From IMG/VR virus record IMGVR_UViG_2758568661_000004: a DNA stretch of 64,000 nucleotides; one strand, 5' to 3'. This document shows, in pieces, positions 37,711 through 47,246 of the stretch (the stretch's first letter is position 1; each line of letters opens with the position of its first letter). Origin of the DNA: a virus (taxonomy: Duplodnaviria; Heunggongvirae; Uroviricota; Caudoviricetes). Below the pieces are notes generated by a model that saw only the letters and a program-made list of their open reading frames with translations, was not told the DNA's origin and ran no database searches. The translations under genes and the position numbers were made by a program.

Positions 37711-37872
37711 TCAGACGTACATCACCGGGCGGTCACCGGTTTCATGCAACGTCAAGTTGAACTGGGCGAGCGCCAGTTCGACAGCATCCACCGGGGTGGT
37801 GTCGTCAATCCCGAAGACGGGGATGTCTCCGGTGAGGTGTTCAGCGAGTGCGCGGGTCGGGGTTGCGGGCAT
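37711..37872 (-). CDS. small hypothetical protein (~53 aa)
   Basis: ORF track (..37953) trimmed to second of two tandem CCGCATGCC motif ATGs. Confidence 0.4.
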   Translation of the reverse strand: MPATPTRALAEHLTGDIPVFGIDDTTPVDAVELALAQFNLTLHETGDRPVMYV

Positions 37873-37898
37873 GCGGTGGAGGCATGCGGCGACTGGGT

Positions 37899-38198
37899 TC
37901 AGGCCAGCTCGAGCGAAGCTGCGGCTCGAACTGCTTTCAGGCATCCGCGGCACACCTTCATGTGTTTGATGTCGCCGGGCCAGAAGTTGTCGGGGATCCC
38001 ACCGTCAGCGACAGCTTTATCCAAGTAGGTGAGAACCTCGGAGATGTCTTTCAGCCGGTAGTCGTCAGGTTTGAAGCCGTCCCAGAACTCCCTGATGCGG
38101 GGGCAGCCGGCTTTGACCAGCACCTTCCCCTGCTCGTCAACATGGGTTTCGATGTGCGCGTGGATGGTGGTTCGTTCACGCCAGGCGAAAGCTCTCAC
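37899..38198 (-). CDS. hypothetical protein
   Basis: ORF track; C-terminal CRGC. Confidence 0.5.
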   Translation of the reverse strand: MRAFAWRERTTIHAHIETHVDEQGKVLVKAGCPRIREFWDGFKPDDYRLKDISEVLTYLDKAVADGGIPDNFWPGDIKHMKVCRGCLKAVRAAASLELA

Positions 38199-38485
38199 TG
38201 CCGTGCTCCGACCAACGCTTCGAACACCCGAAGAGACACTTGGGAGATGATCTTGGATGCTTCGGTGCCGTGCTGGTCGATGGTCCGGGACTCCTTGATG
38301 GCGTCCTTGACGATGGCCGCGATGTCCGTGGAGGTGAGGTCGGGCTTGTCACGGTCTGATGCGCCGGCGGCGATGAGTGCGTCACGGGCTTGACCGTACG
38401 TGGTGACAGCGTCCGGGCGGGAGGAGGACATCCGGTGGGCGCGGTCCAGCTTCTCGATGAGCTCGGCGGTGGTCAGGTCTGTCAT
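38195..38485 (-). CDS. hypothetical protein
   Basis: ORF track; class-I motif 38494-38504, 4-codon minicistron ATGAACCTTCCATGA. Confidence 0.55.
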   Translation of the reverse strand: MTDLTTAELIEKLDRAHRMSSSRPDAVTTYGQARDALIAAGASDRDKPDLTSTDIAAIVKDAIKESRTIDQHGTEASKIISQVSLRVFEALVGARQ

Positions 38486-38493
38486 GGAAGGTT

Positions 38494-38504
38494 CATGCGC
38501 AGGA
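38494..38504 (-). promoter_or_regulatory. class-I junction motif, representative
   Basis: GTCCTGCGCATGAACCTTCCATGACA; fixed 11-nt register. Confidence 0.6.
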
Positions 38505-38512
38505 CGCGATGG

Positions 38513-38923
38513 TCAGTCATCTTCGGGGATCCCGTCCGGGTGGAGCAGGTTCAGCAGCTCACCGCACGGGTGGCACCAACCGCCAATCCGGGGCGGGTGC
38601 GGGCAGTTGCCGACCATCCGGTCGGTGACGGCAGCGATCCGCGCTTCGGCTTCCTCGAGTGCGTCGGCGAGCTTCGCGACGTGAACGGCGAGGGTCGCTT
38701 CAAGGACTCGGCAGCCGAACTCCGGGTAGCACTTCAACCGGACGTCATGCCCGTGCGCTTCCTCCCAAGCGGCCAACAGTGCGCTGTCGTATGGCGGGTC
38801 GATTCCGAGCTTCTCGTCACGGTCGGACGGTTCGTAGTCGGTGCGGACACCGGCGATTTCATCGCGGCCGGCGGCGATCAGCTCAGCGTGCATCAGCGGC
38901 ACCTCGGGTGAACGTGCGGACAA
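38513..38923 (-). CDS. Cys-rich hypothetical protein
   Basis: ORF track; CPHPPRIGGWCHPCG. Confidence 0.55.
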   Translation of the reverse strand: MSARSPEVPLMHAELIAAGRDEIAGVRTDYEPSDRDEKLGIDPPYDSALLAAWEEAHGHDVRLKCYPEFGCRVLEATLAVHVAKLADALEEAEARIAAVTDRMVGNCPHPPRIGGWCHPCGELLNLLHPDGIPEDD

Positions 38924-38982
38924 CCCGCAGGAGTGGGCTGGGGCGGTTCCGTCGGGCGGCGCGGTCTCCGGCCAGGTAGTAC

Positions 38983-39360
38983 TTACCCTTTCGCATACTG
39001 GGTGTCCTTGTCTGTGTTGGCGCGAAGCACCGTGATCAGCTCCATGAGTTCCGGCTTGGAACCCTCCGGTGTCTCACCGAAGGTGGTGGCGGCGTCGAGA
39101 ATCGGGGTGTCCAGTTGCTCGAACAGGGCGAGCATCGTCTTCGCGTCGCTGATGTTGGCGTACCGAGATCCGGTGCCCAACCCGGTGGGCAGATGGGTTG
39201 TCGTCCACCCGCTCTTAGCCACCTCGTGGTTGATGATGGGGCGGTGCGCAGCCCAACGACCGGACGGGGTGACGTGAGCGTCAAGCTCGGTGGTCAGGAT
39301 TTCACCGCGGACACGGCGTGCAACAGTGACGGGTCGGTGGGTGGTTCGGATCGCTGTCAT
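38983..39360 (-). CDS. hypothetical protein
   Basis: ORF track; GAGGGAG SD. Confidence 0.55.
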   Translation of the reverse strand: MTAIRTTHRPVTVARRVRGEILTTELDAHVTPSGRWAAHRPIINHEVAKSGWTTTHLPTGLGTGSRYANISDAKTMLALFEQLDTPILDAATTFGETPEGSKPELMELITVLRANTDKDTQYAKG

Positions 39361-39401
39361 GGCTTGCTCCCTCTGGTGTCACTGGGTTCATGCGCAGAAC
39401 A

Positions 39402-39803
39402 TCAAGCGGAAAGGACAGTTGACGCCAACCGAAGGTGAGCTGCGAACCGGACAGGGAAGCCGGGGTCAGCTTGGTCAGCACCCAATGCTTCATTCAGCAG
39501 GTCAAGTTGTGGTTGGACGGTGCGATGCAGCGTGGCGATGAGCAGTGCGTCGTCGCGGCGGACAACCACCGGTTCCATCGACGGGCCTTCCAGCCGGCCA
39601 TCGACCGATTCCAGTTCCGAGTACCCGTCCACCGTTTCGTAGCAGGACAGGCACCGGCAACCAGCCTCGAGGCGGGTGTGAGGTTCCACCGCCCACGGTC
39701 CGGTAGAAGAGAACTGGGTGAGGTATTCAAGCCGGGAGATGGCCGCGGTCAACAGTTCGTAGTTCCGGCCGGCGTCCCCGGTGAGGAAAGATTCGGCGGT
39801 CAT
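39402..39803 (-). CDS. Cys-containing hypothetical protein
   Basis: ORF track; class-I motif begins 1 nt after its stop. Confidence 0.55.
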   Translation of the reverse strand: MTAESFLTGDAGRNYELLTAAISRLEYLTQFSSTGPWAVEPHTRLEAGCRCLSCYETVDGYSELESVDGRLEGPSMEPVVVRRDDALLIATLHRTVQPQLDLLNEALGADQADPGFPVRFAAHLRLASTVLSA

Positions 39804-39825
39804 ACAAGTCAGGCATGCGGCAAGG

Positions 39826-40341
39826 TCAGCCGGTCACCCATTCGCGTTGATGGCGAGCGAATGTGATCGGGTTCCCGGCGAACTTGACCGGCAGGTCGTA
39901 CGCGGACCGGTGAGCGCGAACACCAATCAGGGTGGAGGAGCGCTCGAACCGTCGGGAGACGGCGCGGACAGCGTCATGGAAGTCGATGGGGAGGAAGTCA
40001 CCGGCGACCAACGACAATGTGAGGCTGCTGTCCTGGCCGTGCTCGCGGGCATCCAACGTCAGGTAGGCGCGGTGGGAGTTGCGTCGTTTCGGTCGGAACG
40101 CTTTCGGATGCGCGGATCGGCGGCGGGTTTCATGTGCTTCGAACAGCAGCGACCCGGCACCGGTTCTGCCTACCGGCATCCAACCGTTGATGCGCAACGT
40201 CTCAGCGACCACTGCCGCGCATTCGGCCGGGTCACCGGTGGCGACGACGGTTGTGGCTGGGTGGGCGATCGCGTAGCTGGTGAGCGGGTGCGGTGGTGTG
40301 GTTCTCACAGGCAGGATGCCTTCGGCTGCGGTGTCAGCCAT
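39826..40341 (-). CDS. hypothetical protein
   Basis: C-terminal 171 codons of ORF 39826..40725 from MADTAAEGILPV; upstream 128 codons are R/T/S-rich and rejected. Confidence 0.45.
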   Translation of the reverse strand: MADTAAEGILPVRTTPPHPLTSYAIAHPATTVVATGDPAECAAVVAETLRINGWMPVGRTGAGSLLFEAHETRRRSAHPKAFRPKRRNSHRAYLTLDAREHGQDSSLTLSLVAGDFLPIDFHDAVRAVSRRFERSSTLIGVRAHRSAYDLPVKFAGNPITFARHQREWVTG

Positions 40342-40450
40342 GCATTGCCCGGCTCCGGGGTTGATGGCCGCATCCGGCCGGCGCTGCTCACGTTCCGGCA
40401 CGGAGGTGCGTACTTCCCCGCGAGAATGAGGGTGAGCAACGCGTCGGTGT

Positions 40451-40834
40451 TCAACGTCCACCTCGAAGCACCTTCGGGATGAGCTTGTTCTGAATCCTCG
40501 CGTACACGGTCTGCCGCCGGCGGTGCTCCTTGTACTTCTTGTGCCCGCCGTCGAAACCGTACTGGGCGCGGTACACGTTGATGCGGGAACCGTCCCAGTC
40601 GTCAAGTGTGGACCAGAGCCTTTGCAGATGGTCGACTGCTTCCTCGAGCGTGTTGTAATCCTCCGCCATCGGGTACCCGTCGAACACGAGGTTCGAGGCG
40701 ACAATCGTGGTGGCTTCACCTTCATTGACCAGGCTCGGCCAGCGTCGCTCAGCTTTACGTCGGAGTCTGTGCAGGCGCGCTTCCAACCGGATCTTGATCC
40801 GGTAGAAGGCCATGGGAAGGTCGAGGCTGGTCAC
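40451..40834 (-). CDS. hypothetical protein
   Basis: ORF track; GTG start with 4-codon motif minicistron ending GTGA. Confidence 0.55.
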   Translation of the reverse strand: MTSLDLPMAFYRIKIRLEARLHRLRRKAERRWPSLVNEGEATTIVASNLVFDGYPMAEDYNTLEEAVDHLQRLWSTLDDWDGSRINVYRAQYGFDGGHKKYKEHRRRQTVYARIQNKLIPKVLRGGR

Positions 40835-40854
40835 AGGGTGACCATGCGCAGGAA

Positions 40855-41241
40855 CTACTCGCCGCGCACACCCGTGGAGTTCAGCAGGAGCGCCGGGTAG
40901 CCGGCGGCGTTGTTCGTGAGCGCGAACAGGGTCGCGAAATCGGTGGCGTCATCGAACTTGTAGCTGACGTCAGCTTCAACCATCCACAGCTGTACCCAGC
41001 GTGCACCTCGCAGCTGGGAGCGGTGGTCGAAGGAGTCCTTCGCGTCACCAGCTCCGCGGTAGAGGAGAGCGTCGGGGCTGCCCTTGCCGAAATCGGTGAT
41101 GGACAGGTACACGCTTCGTGATGGGTCCGGCAGCTTCACCGTGAGCTCGCTGATCGCCGCATCCAGATAGTCGGCGACCTTCGGATCGGTGTTCAGCTTC
41201 TGAGCCTTGAGGAGGCTTCTCAGTGCAGCGTTCTTCGTCAT
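40855..41241 (-). CDS. hypothetical protein
   Basis: ORF track; motif 41250-41260 + minicistron ATGGGGACAGCATGA. Confidence 0.55.
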   Translation of the reverse strand: MTKNAALRSLLKAQKLNTDPKVADYLDAAISELTVKLPDPSRSVYLSITDFGKGSPDALLYRGAGDAKDSFDHRSQLRGARWVQLWMVEADVSYKFDDATDFATLFALTNNAAGYPALLLNSTGVRGE

Positions 41242-41263
41242 GCTGTCCCCATGCGCAGGAACC

Positions 41264-41596
41264 CTACTCAGTGTTCTCTGCTGCGTCCGTCACATGCTGG
41301 GCGTACCTGGCCTTGTTGATGAGGTCTGTGAGACGGTCAGTCCAACCGACACGCCAGCCGGGCTGTTTACTGGCATCCGCCAGGAACGTTTCGAGGTTAT
41401 CGGCGATGCTACGGGCTGCCTTCGCTTCGTCGCTGAGGGCGTTCACGTACACGCGCACAGCGGAGGCTTCCCGGGCTGCGCGTACAGTCCACCGGCTGGT
41501 GTCCTCACGCTCGACGGTGTAATGGCCGGCGGAACCGATCGCCTGGTCGAGCAGCTGCTCGAGCATGGTCACCGGGGCGGGTGTGGTGTCAGGCAT
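41264..41596 (-). CDS. hypothetical protein
   Basis: ORF track (..41638) trimmed to ATG behind AAGGAC (MPDTTPAPVTM). Confidence 0.5.
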   Translation of the reverse strand: MPDTTPAPVTMLEQLLDQAIGSAGHYTVEREDTSRWTVRAAREASAVRVYVNALSDEAKAARSIADNLETFLADASKQPGWRVGWTDRLTDLINKARYAQHVTDAAENTE

Positions 41597-41634
41597 TCTG
41601 GCGTCCTTCAAAGTGAGTGATGACAGGTGAGGTG

Positions 41635-41803
41635 TCACGCGTGATCGTCCGTGGTACCGGGATCATGCGCAGGAACCTTCACGTACCCGTCGTTGAGGAA
41701 CTGCTGCCCGCAGCTCCCGCAGTTGAACCATTCCTCGTCATCCTTCGGGAATGGAAGGAACGCACCGCAGAACGGGCATTGCGGATGTGTCATGCGTTCA
41801 CTC
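41635..41803 (-). CDS. zinc-ribbon mini-protein (~56 aa, below ORF-track cutoff)
   Basis: MSERMTHPQCPFCGAFLPFPKDDEEWFNCGSCGQQFLNDGYVKVPAHDPGTTDDHA; the class-I motif encodes its ...VPAHD... C-terminal segment. Confidence 0.4.
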
Positions 41804-41842
41804 ATGCCCGCACGTTACCGGGGCCGAACTGCCGGTGGCGTT

Positions 41843-43327
41843 TTACGGCTTGATCGTCCACGCCTGGTTCTTGAACTCGAACCATTTCGTCTGGTCGGTG
41901 GTGGACCCGATACCCAACCCGATTGCGCCAGCCCATGGGGTCAGGTTCACCGGGAACAGGGTGGTGCCGGACACGACCACTGTCCCTCCTGACGGGGCAG
42001 CCCACACATCAGCTGTCTTCGGGAAGAACTGCTGTGCCGTGGTGTTCTCAGAAGACAGGTAGTCCGTGGAACCGTCAGTGTTGCGGATGACAGCCAGCCA
42101 CCCTTGCTTGCGTGTGGTGAAGTACGTCGGCAGGTAGAACACCTTCGACCCGCTGATGACGTCAACGTGGTAGCCGATGTTCACGGTGACAGCGTCGATG
42201 TCGATGGTTGTGCCGACGCCGCCCCAGTTGACGGAGCCGACCATGACCCTCATGCTGGCGGTGTTCGTGGGTGAGTCAGATGCGAGCGAGCCGCCCATGC
42301 GAGCCCATGTTCCAACGGCGGAGGTGATGTCCGTGCCCGTTGTCACAGCGGTGCTGAGTGCCGTTCCCGCGGCGTTGTAGAACTGAACTTGGACACGCAG
42401 GTTCGTGGCGAAGCTCGCCCTTCCCATCAGGCTCAACGTGTACCGCTTCCCTGCGACAGCAGGGATTGTGTACGCGCCGGCACCGTCCAGATATGCGGAT
42501 TTTGTGGTGACTTGCAGTGAACCGCCGGTTGTCTGGGTGGCGCGGATGTAGGAGCCGCCTTCAGGCGCGTCCGCTGCGGTGACCCTGGCGAATGTGGCGC
42601 CGGTGACAGCCGGGAATCGCGTGGCACCGGTGGTGTCCGTTTCGAAGCTGCCGTCGGTGACCAGGTTGGAGTAGTCCGGGTCTGGGCTGAGGAGGACTTT
42701 CGCTGCCTCCCCGGAGGAGAGGACGGGTTTCCCGTAGGCGGTGTCCAAGGCGGGCAGCGAGTTGCTGTACGACCCGTTGGCGGTGAAGTAGGCAGCCTCC
42801 GCAGCGGCCAGTTTCGCGGGTGTGGTCAACGGTGTCGGCGGAGGTGTGACGGCGACGGATCCGTCGCCACCGTTCGCCACATCGGCAAGGCCGGCGAGCA
42901 TGACTGTGAACGCAACACAGGAGCTGGTGTCCGGGATGGGTTTGCCGTCCCGGTACTCCCCGATGGTGTCGGAGGCGTTTGACCGCCAGAACACTGAACC
43001 TGTCGGGGATTGGGTTGCACCCACCCAGCAGGTTCCGGCCGGGTTCGCCTGAACGAACACATCCTTCCGGTCCGGCATGAGTTGCGCGGCGCGAAGCACT
43101 TTCAGTTCCCCATACCCGGAGTACTGGGATTGGTGTGCGGCTTCAGCGATCGCGACTGTGTTCAGGTTCTGCTTGGTGGCTTGATCCTGCGCCCAGGGTA
43201 CGGCGGAGAACACCACTGGCAGTGCGACAGCGGTGATGATTCCGACGATCAGAACACCGACCATGATTGACGCAAGGTCAATGGCGGCGCGGCTGTTTCT
43301 GGCGAACGTGTGGAGCAGGCGAAGCAT
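41843..43327 (-). CDS. membrane-anchored secreted protein with CBM4/9-like (DGSFE...) carbohydrate-binding-type domain
   Basis: ORF track; hydrophobic N-terminus IDLASIMVGVLIVGIITAVALPVVF; Thr/Pro linker; C-terminal beta-rich domain; no LPxTG. Confidence 0.55.
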   Translation of the reverse strand: MLRLLHTFARNSRAAIDLASIMVGVLIVGIITAVALPVVFSAVPWAQDQATKQNLNTVAIAEAAHQSQYSGYGELKVLRAAQLMPDRKDVFVQANPAGTCWVGATQSPTGSVFWRSNASDTIGEYRDGKPIPDTSSCVAFTVMLAGLADVANGGDGSVAVTPPPTPLTTPAKLAAAEAAYFTANGSYSNSLPALDTAYGKPVLSSGEAAKVLLSPDPDYSNLVTDGSFETDTTGATRFPAVTGATFARVTAADAPEGGSYIRATQTTGGSLQVTTKSAYLDGAGAYTIPAVAGKRYTLSLMGRASFATNLRVQVQFYNAAGTALSTAVTTGTDITSAVGTWARMGGSLASDSPTNTASMRVMVGSVNWGGVGTTIDIDAVTVNIGYHVDVISGSKVFYLPTYFTTRKQGWLAVIRNTDGSTDYLSSENTTAQQFFPKTADVWAAPSGGTVVVSGTTLFPVNLTPWAGAIGLGIGSTTDQTKWFEFKNQAWTIKP

Positions 43328-43431
43328 GGGTTGGACTGGTTTTCGGGTTGTTGTTCACCGTCGGGTTACGGTTCACAGTCCGCAGACATGCGGCACACAC
43401 CATACGCACTCAGGTTTCGTACTGCTAACTC

Positions 43432-44196
43432 TCAGCCTTGTGCTGCGACTTGGGCTGCGATCACCTTCGGCGGTCCAGCTGACAGGGGTCGCCAGTTGTC
43501 GAACACACCGAACGCTGCAATTCGTTTCGCGGTGGAGTACAGCGGGGTGCAGGTGGTGAGGGTGATGACCCGTTCGGTGGGTGTCTGGTCGACGACCGGT
43601 TCCCCGTTCATCCCGGGGACGGCATCCAGCACCTCCACATGATCTGGGGTGACGATCTCCTCCTGCTGGAACAGGTACGTGTACCAACCATCCTTCGTTT
43701 GGACGATGATCGGGTCACCGGGCACAAGCTGGTCAATCCAGTGAAGACCTCCGCCGTACGCGGACCGGTGGGACGCGACAGCGAAGTTCCCGTACGCGCC
43801 GGGCAGGTTGGTGTCCGGGTAATGTCCGAGGCCGAGCTCGAATGAGTTCAGGACGTCATGTCCGATGCCTTCGGCAATGTTCCGCCGGTAGTCAGGACCG
43901 AACCTGGGGACGTAGAGGACAGCGAAAGCTTCACCGTTGCCGGCTGGTGAGTCGGCGACCGGCGGTTCGCCGTAGTCGATGGTGTAGTCGGGGCTGTGAG
44001 GGGTGACATCCTTCACCCATTCCTGGGAGGTGGCGTCTGCCGCTGAGGATTGCTGGTTCACGTAGATGGCGTCCTGCCAGAACAGCTTCCATCCGAGGAA
44101 CAGCAGGATGAGGACCGCTGCGGTCATCAGCACCTCACCGGAGATGGTGAACACGGTGGCGCGCGAACGGCGCTTGGCTGGTGCGGTGTCAGTCAA
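43432..44196 (-). CDS. sortase (class E-like transpeptidase)
   Basis: ORF track; N-terminal TM; catalytic TLTTCTP (TLxTC) motif; TTG start behind AAGGAC SD. Confidence 0.8.
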   Translation of the reverse strand: MTDTAPAKRRSRATVFTISGEVLMTAAVLILLFLGWKLFWQDAIYVNQQSSAADATSQEWVKDVTPHSPDYTIDYGEPPVADSPAGNGEAFAVLYVPRFGPDYRRNIAEGIGHDVLNSFELGLGHYPDTNLPGAYGNFAVASHRSAYGGGLHWIDQLVPGDPIIVQTKDGWYTYLFQQEEIVTPDHVEVLDAVPGMNGEPVVDQTPTERVITLTTCTPLYSTAKRIAAFGVFDNWRPLSAGPPKVIAAQVAAQG

Positions 44197-44205
44197 CTGG
44201 GGTCC

Positions 44206-44508
44206 TTACGGTGCGGGCTGGTCAGCTACCCCATGCGCAGAACCGGCAACCTGGGCGTAGTTCCACCGTGACAGGGACGGGTGAACACCAGCACCGGCGG
44301 TCTTCTCATGCAGATGCCCGTGGTACTCCTCGAAGCTGCCCGTGTGCTCACCGCACCCGCAGACGTACACACCGTCAACGAATTGTGGGGTGTGCGCAGC
44401 GAACACCTGACCGAGCAGCGACACGTTCACGGCGATACCGGCGTTGGTCACTGTTGTCAAATGGGTGGTCACGGATGCTCCTCGTGGGTTGGGGTTCACG
44501 GGAGGCAT
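44206..44508 (-). CDS. Cys/His-cluster hypothetical protein
   Basis: ORF track; VCGCGEHTGSFEEYHGHLHEK; class-I motif encodes ...GSAHG... near its C-terminus; start is motif ATG 44508 or GTG ~44469. Confidence 0.5.
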   Translation of the reverse strand: MPPVNPNPRGASVTTHLTTVTNAGIAVNVSLLGQVFAAHTPQFVDGVYVCGCGEHTGSFEEYHGHLHEKTAGAGVHPSLSRWNYAQVAGSAHGVADQPAP

Positions 44509-44516
44509 GCGGCGAC

Positions 44517-44780
44517 CTAGGCGGGGAGGCTCACTCCGGCGTTGATGAGTGCTGCCGCGTACATGTGTTCACGGGTGACACCGAACGACCATTGGCAGTT
44601 GTCTTCCTCCCAGCAGAGGTGGTCGCCTTCGCCGCCTTCGTACAGGTTCCAGTCCTCGTCGGTGGCGTGCGGTCGGAAGCAGTGGGTGCAACGGCCGTCA
44701 AGGGCATGCTCGAGGACTGTGGTGATGCTCAGAACTTCCGGGGTCAGCGCCGGAAGGTTATCGATCGTGGCGACGGTCAC
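44517..44780 (-). CDS. Cys-rich hypothetical protein
   Basis: ORF track; CTHCF...HLCW. Confidence 0.5.
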   Translation of the reverse strand: MTVATIDNLPALTPEVLSITTVLEHALDGRCTHCFRPHATDEDWNLYEGGEGDHLCWEEDNCQWSFGVTREHMYAAALINAGVSLPA

Positions 44781-45121
44781 GCGGTCACCTCGACGGTGGC
44801 GGTGGGGTGTGCTTCGCAGGCGTCTGCGATGTCCAGTAGGAACCGGACTGTGGATTCGACTGTGCCGTTCATGATGGACGGGGTGACACCGTCGCGGCGT
44901 CGCGGGACGTGGTGCACGAAGTCGGCAGGCCGGATGGCGATCTGGTGAGCTGCGGCACGAACCGGCTGCACCATGGTGGCTGCGGGTGCCCCGTTGAAGT
45001 CTTTGAGGTTGACGCCGGCGTCACGCCACATCTGGGCGGTGTTCGAGGTGTGGTTCGCGTAGAACAGTTCCCGGTCGGTGCCGTCGGTGGCCTTCTCAAC
45101 CAGGGTGACGTCGTAGCTCAT
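44777..45121 (-). CDS. hypothetical protein
   Basis: ORF track trimmed to ATG behind GGAAGGA (MSYDVTLV); 18-codon motif uORF ends ATGA on this start. Confidence 0.55.
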   Translation of the reverse strand: MSYDVTLVEKATDGTDRELFYANHTSNTAQMWRDAGVNLKDFNGAPAATMVQPVRAAAHQIAIRPADFVHHVPRRRDGVTPSIMNGTVESTVRFLLDIADACEAHPTATVEVTA

Positions 45122-45186
45122 GTGATGCATCCTTCCACGGCTGGTCGTTCCAGCCTCGTCTTCACCAACCTCATGCGCAGGAACTG

Positions 45187-45642
45187 TCAGAGGTTCCGCG
45201 TCCTGATCTGCTCGGCGATGTCCTCAGCGACCGCCACCCGGTGATGCAGTTCCCCGGCACGGCGGTCAAGCTGGTCGCGGTGCTCGTCGTAGAGAAGCTC
45301 GGCGTGCTGTTTGATCAGGTGCGCGTCAGCGGACAGGTGCGGCTTCGGGTCCATCAGCCATGAGACGAACGCGTCGAAACCGGCGGCTTCGTCAGCGAAC
45401 TGCTTCGCTGTCCGGTGCGCCTCACGGACACGGTCCGGCTGCTGCTCGGGGAGGTTGCTCACCCAGCCGTGCTCAGCGTGCGGGAGCAGTTGTTCGACGG
45501 GGATGCTGACAGCTTTCGCCAGCGGGAGCAGCTTCTGCTCCTGTTCGGTGAGGCCGGGCTGTCCGAGGATGGCGAGGAGCTGGTCGGCGTTGTTCTCACG
45601 CGCCCATGTGATGGCGCGGTCGATGGTCTTCTGGTCGGTCAT
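45187..45642 (-). CDS. hypothetical helical protein
   Basis: ORF track. Confidence 0.55.
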   Translation of the reverse strand: MTDQKTIDRAITWARENNADQLLAILGQPGLTEQEQKLLPLAKAVSIPVEQLLPHAEHGWVSNLPEQQPDRVREAHRTAKQFADEAAGFDAFVSWLMDPKPHLSADAHLIKQHAELLYDEHRDQLDRRAGELHHRVAVAEDIAEQIRTRNL

Positions 45643-45899
45643 CGGACGATGTCTCCTGTGATGGTCATGAAGTCGTGGGCGAGGGTGCCCGGTTGGTTCA
45701 GCTGGCGGGTGAGGGTGTCGTTCTCCAGGGTGAGCGCTGCGCTCATCTTTTGTGCTGCGGCGAGTTCCTTCCGGAGTTTCCGGTTGGTATGCAGAAGGTC
45801 TGACGCGAGTTGGGCGAGGTTGGCGATGAGCTTCCGGTGCGGACCCTCGATGGCGATGGCGAACCGTGCTTGCCGGAACAGCTTCTTTGATGACGACAA
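45639..45899 (-). CDS. hypothetical small protein
   Basis: ORF track; TTG start behind GAAGGAGG. Confidence 0.5.
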   Translation of the reverse strand: MSSSKKLFRQARFAIAIEGPHRKLIANLAQLASDLLHTNRKLRKELAAAQKMSAALTLENDTLTRQLNQPGTLAHDFMTITGDIVR

Positions 45900-45938
45900 C
45901 TGGTCAAACCTCCTTCTCGAGGTGTCATGCGCAGAACG

Positions 45939-46556
45939 TCACGCGAGACGCAACGGAACCCATGCTTCATGGATGAGTTCAGCGACTGTCCCGGGTTGAG
46001 TTCCGGTGAGGGTGCCGAGGCGGGTGACGGATGCGTCATGCCCGTCCGGGTCACGGAGATGCAGTGCGGCGACTGTCAGTTGCGGGTGCGCGTCGATGAG
46101 CCACAGCCAGACGTCGTCGGCTCTGGCGCCGCCGAGATGAGCACATACCTGTGAGGACAGGCTCTCGTTCTCTTCCGCCGGCAATGCTTGGTGGGCGCCG
46201 TCGATGAACTCCACACTGGTCAAAGCCCAGCCGCGGCCGATGGCGTACCCGGCAAGGTGGAGCATGTCCCCGGTTCCGAACCTGGGGATGGAGAGTCCAA
46301 GGTTCGGGTCTTCGAAGTCGATGGGTGTGTCACCTTTGCCGACGGTTTCCGCGACGACTTGCGGGTCGGTGCTCGCAGCGTCAGCGACAACCAACTGTTC
46401 AACACTCGGGGCGGTGTTCAAGTGTGCGCGGATCGCGGCGATCGTGTCACCGACAGCTTCCTGGTAGATGGCTGCGGCGTCCGGGTGGAGCATGTCCGGG
46501 GGTGCGGCGGATGAGGCTGCGTCCAACGCGGCCTCGACGGCTGCTGGCACTGCCAT
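45939..46556 (-). CDS. hypothetical protein
   Basis: ORF track (..46643) trimmed to ATG behind GGAGGGGAG (MAVPAAVEAAL). Confidence 0.55.
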   Translation of the reverse strand: MAVPAAVEAALDAASSAAPPDMLHPDAAAIYQEAVGDTIAAIRAHLNTAPSVEQLVVADAASTDPQVVAETVGKGDTPIDFEDPNLGLSIPRFGTGDMLHLAGYAIGRGWALTSVEFIDGAHQALPAEENESLSSQVCAHLGGARADDVWLWLIDAHPQLTVAALHLRDPDGHDASVTRLGTLTGTQPGTVAELIHEAWVPLRLA

Positions 46557-46599
46557 GTCATGCTCCCCTCCGGTACTGAGGGAGTCATGCGGCGACAGG

Positions 46600-46884
46600 T
46601 CAGGCGGTGGGTGACCATTCGCCGGCCGCCCGGCGGCTGACAACCTTCATCAGCTCCGGGTTCCGGAGGCGTTTGTTCAGTCGTGTGTACTGACGTTCAA
46701 GGCGTCGGGCGGCAGGTTCTGAGGTTTGCGGTTCCACCCAGTCGCCGTTCTCCCACCAGATCCCCCACTCCACATCGTCTGCGTCGGCAGCGTCGATGCG
46801 GCTGAGGAGCTCGTCGATGATCTCCCGGAATGCTGTGTTCTCTCCGGCGGCCGCGTAGGCGCGTTCGGCGAGGTCACTGGTCAC
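46600..46884 (-). CDS. hypothetical protein
   Basis: ORF track. Confidence 0.55.
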   Translation of the reverse strand: MTSDLAERAYAAAGENTAFREIIDELLSRIDAADADDVEWGIWWENGDWVEPQTSEPAARRLERQYTRLNKRLRNPELMKVVSRRAAGEWSPTA

Positions 46885-46982
46885 GGCGGAAGAAGTCCAA
46901 GTTGTTGTGGGCGGCGATCGACAGGACGACGATGACGGCGATGGCGGATGCGATGATTTCTGCGGGCATGTTGTGGTTCCTT

Positions 46983-47183
46983 TCAGGCACCTTCCCCATG
47001 CGCAGGATCACGTTTCGCGCGTCGTTTCTCCTCCCGACGCCATTGCCGGGTTTTCGATCGTTCATGCCAGGAGATGAACGAGTCGACGATCCCGTGGAAG
47101 ATGAGTTCGATGAAAAGGTCGACGATCAGCCAGCGGAACACCCAGAAGATGCCTCGGAATAGTGCTTCAAGCAGGTCGGACAT
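46983..47183 (-). CDS. small membrane protein
   Basis: ORF track; C-terminal ...DPAHGEGA* encoded by a class-I motif. Confidence 0.5.
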   Translation of the reverse strand: MSDLLEALFRGIFWVFRWLIVDLFIELIFHGIVDSFISWHERSKTRQWRREEKRRAKRDPAHGEGA

Positions 47184-47246
47184 GGGTTCGCTTCCGGGTC
47201 GGGGTTGACGGCCGATGTTCAGGCATGCGGCGCATAGCCGACTGGT

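Noticed and set aside
39826-40725. Full-length 299-aa ORF 39826..40725
   Set aside because: The N-terminal 128 codons are R/T/S-rich low complexity overlapping a GTGA-coupled neighbour (40451..40834). Only the C-terminal 171 codons from MADTAAEG look like genuine coding sequence.
41843-43327. Type IV pilin / pseudopilin call for the N-terminus of the CBM-like protein
   Set aside because: There is a hydrophobic helix but no G|F/MTLIE prepilin cleavage motif and no Flp GxxxxEY motif. I treat it as a generic signal anchor.
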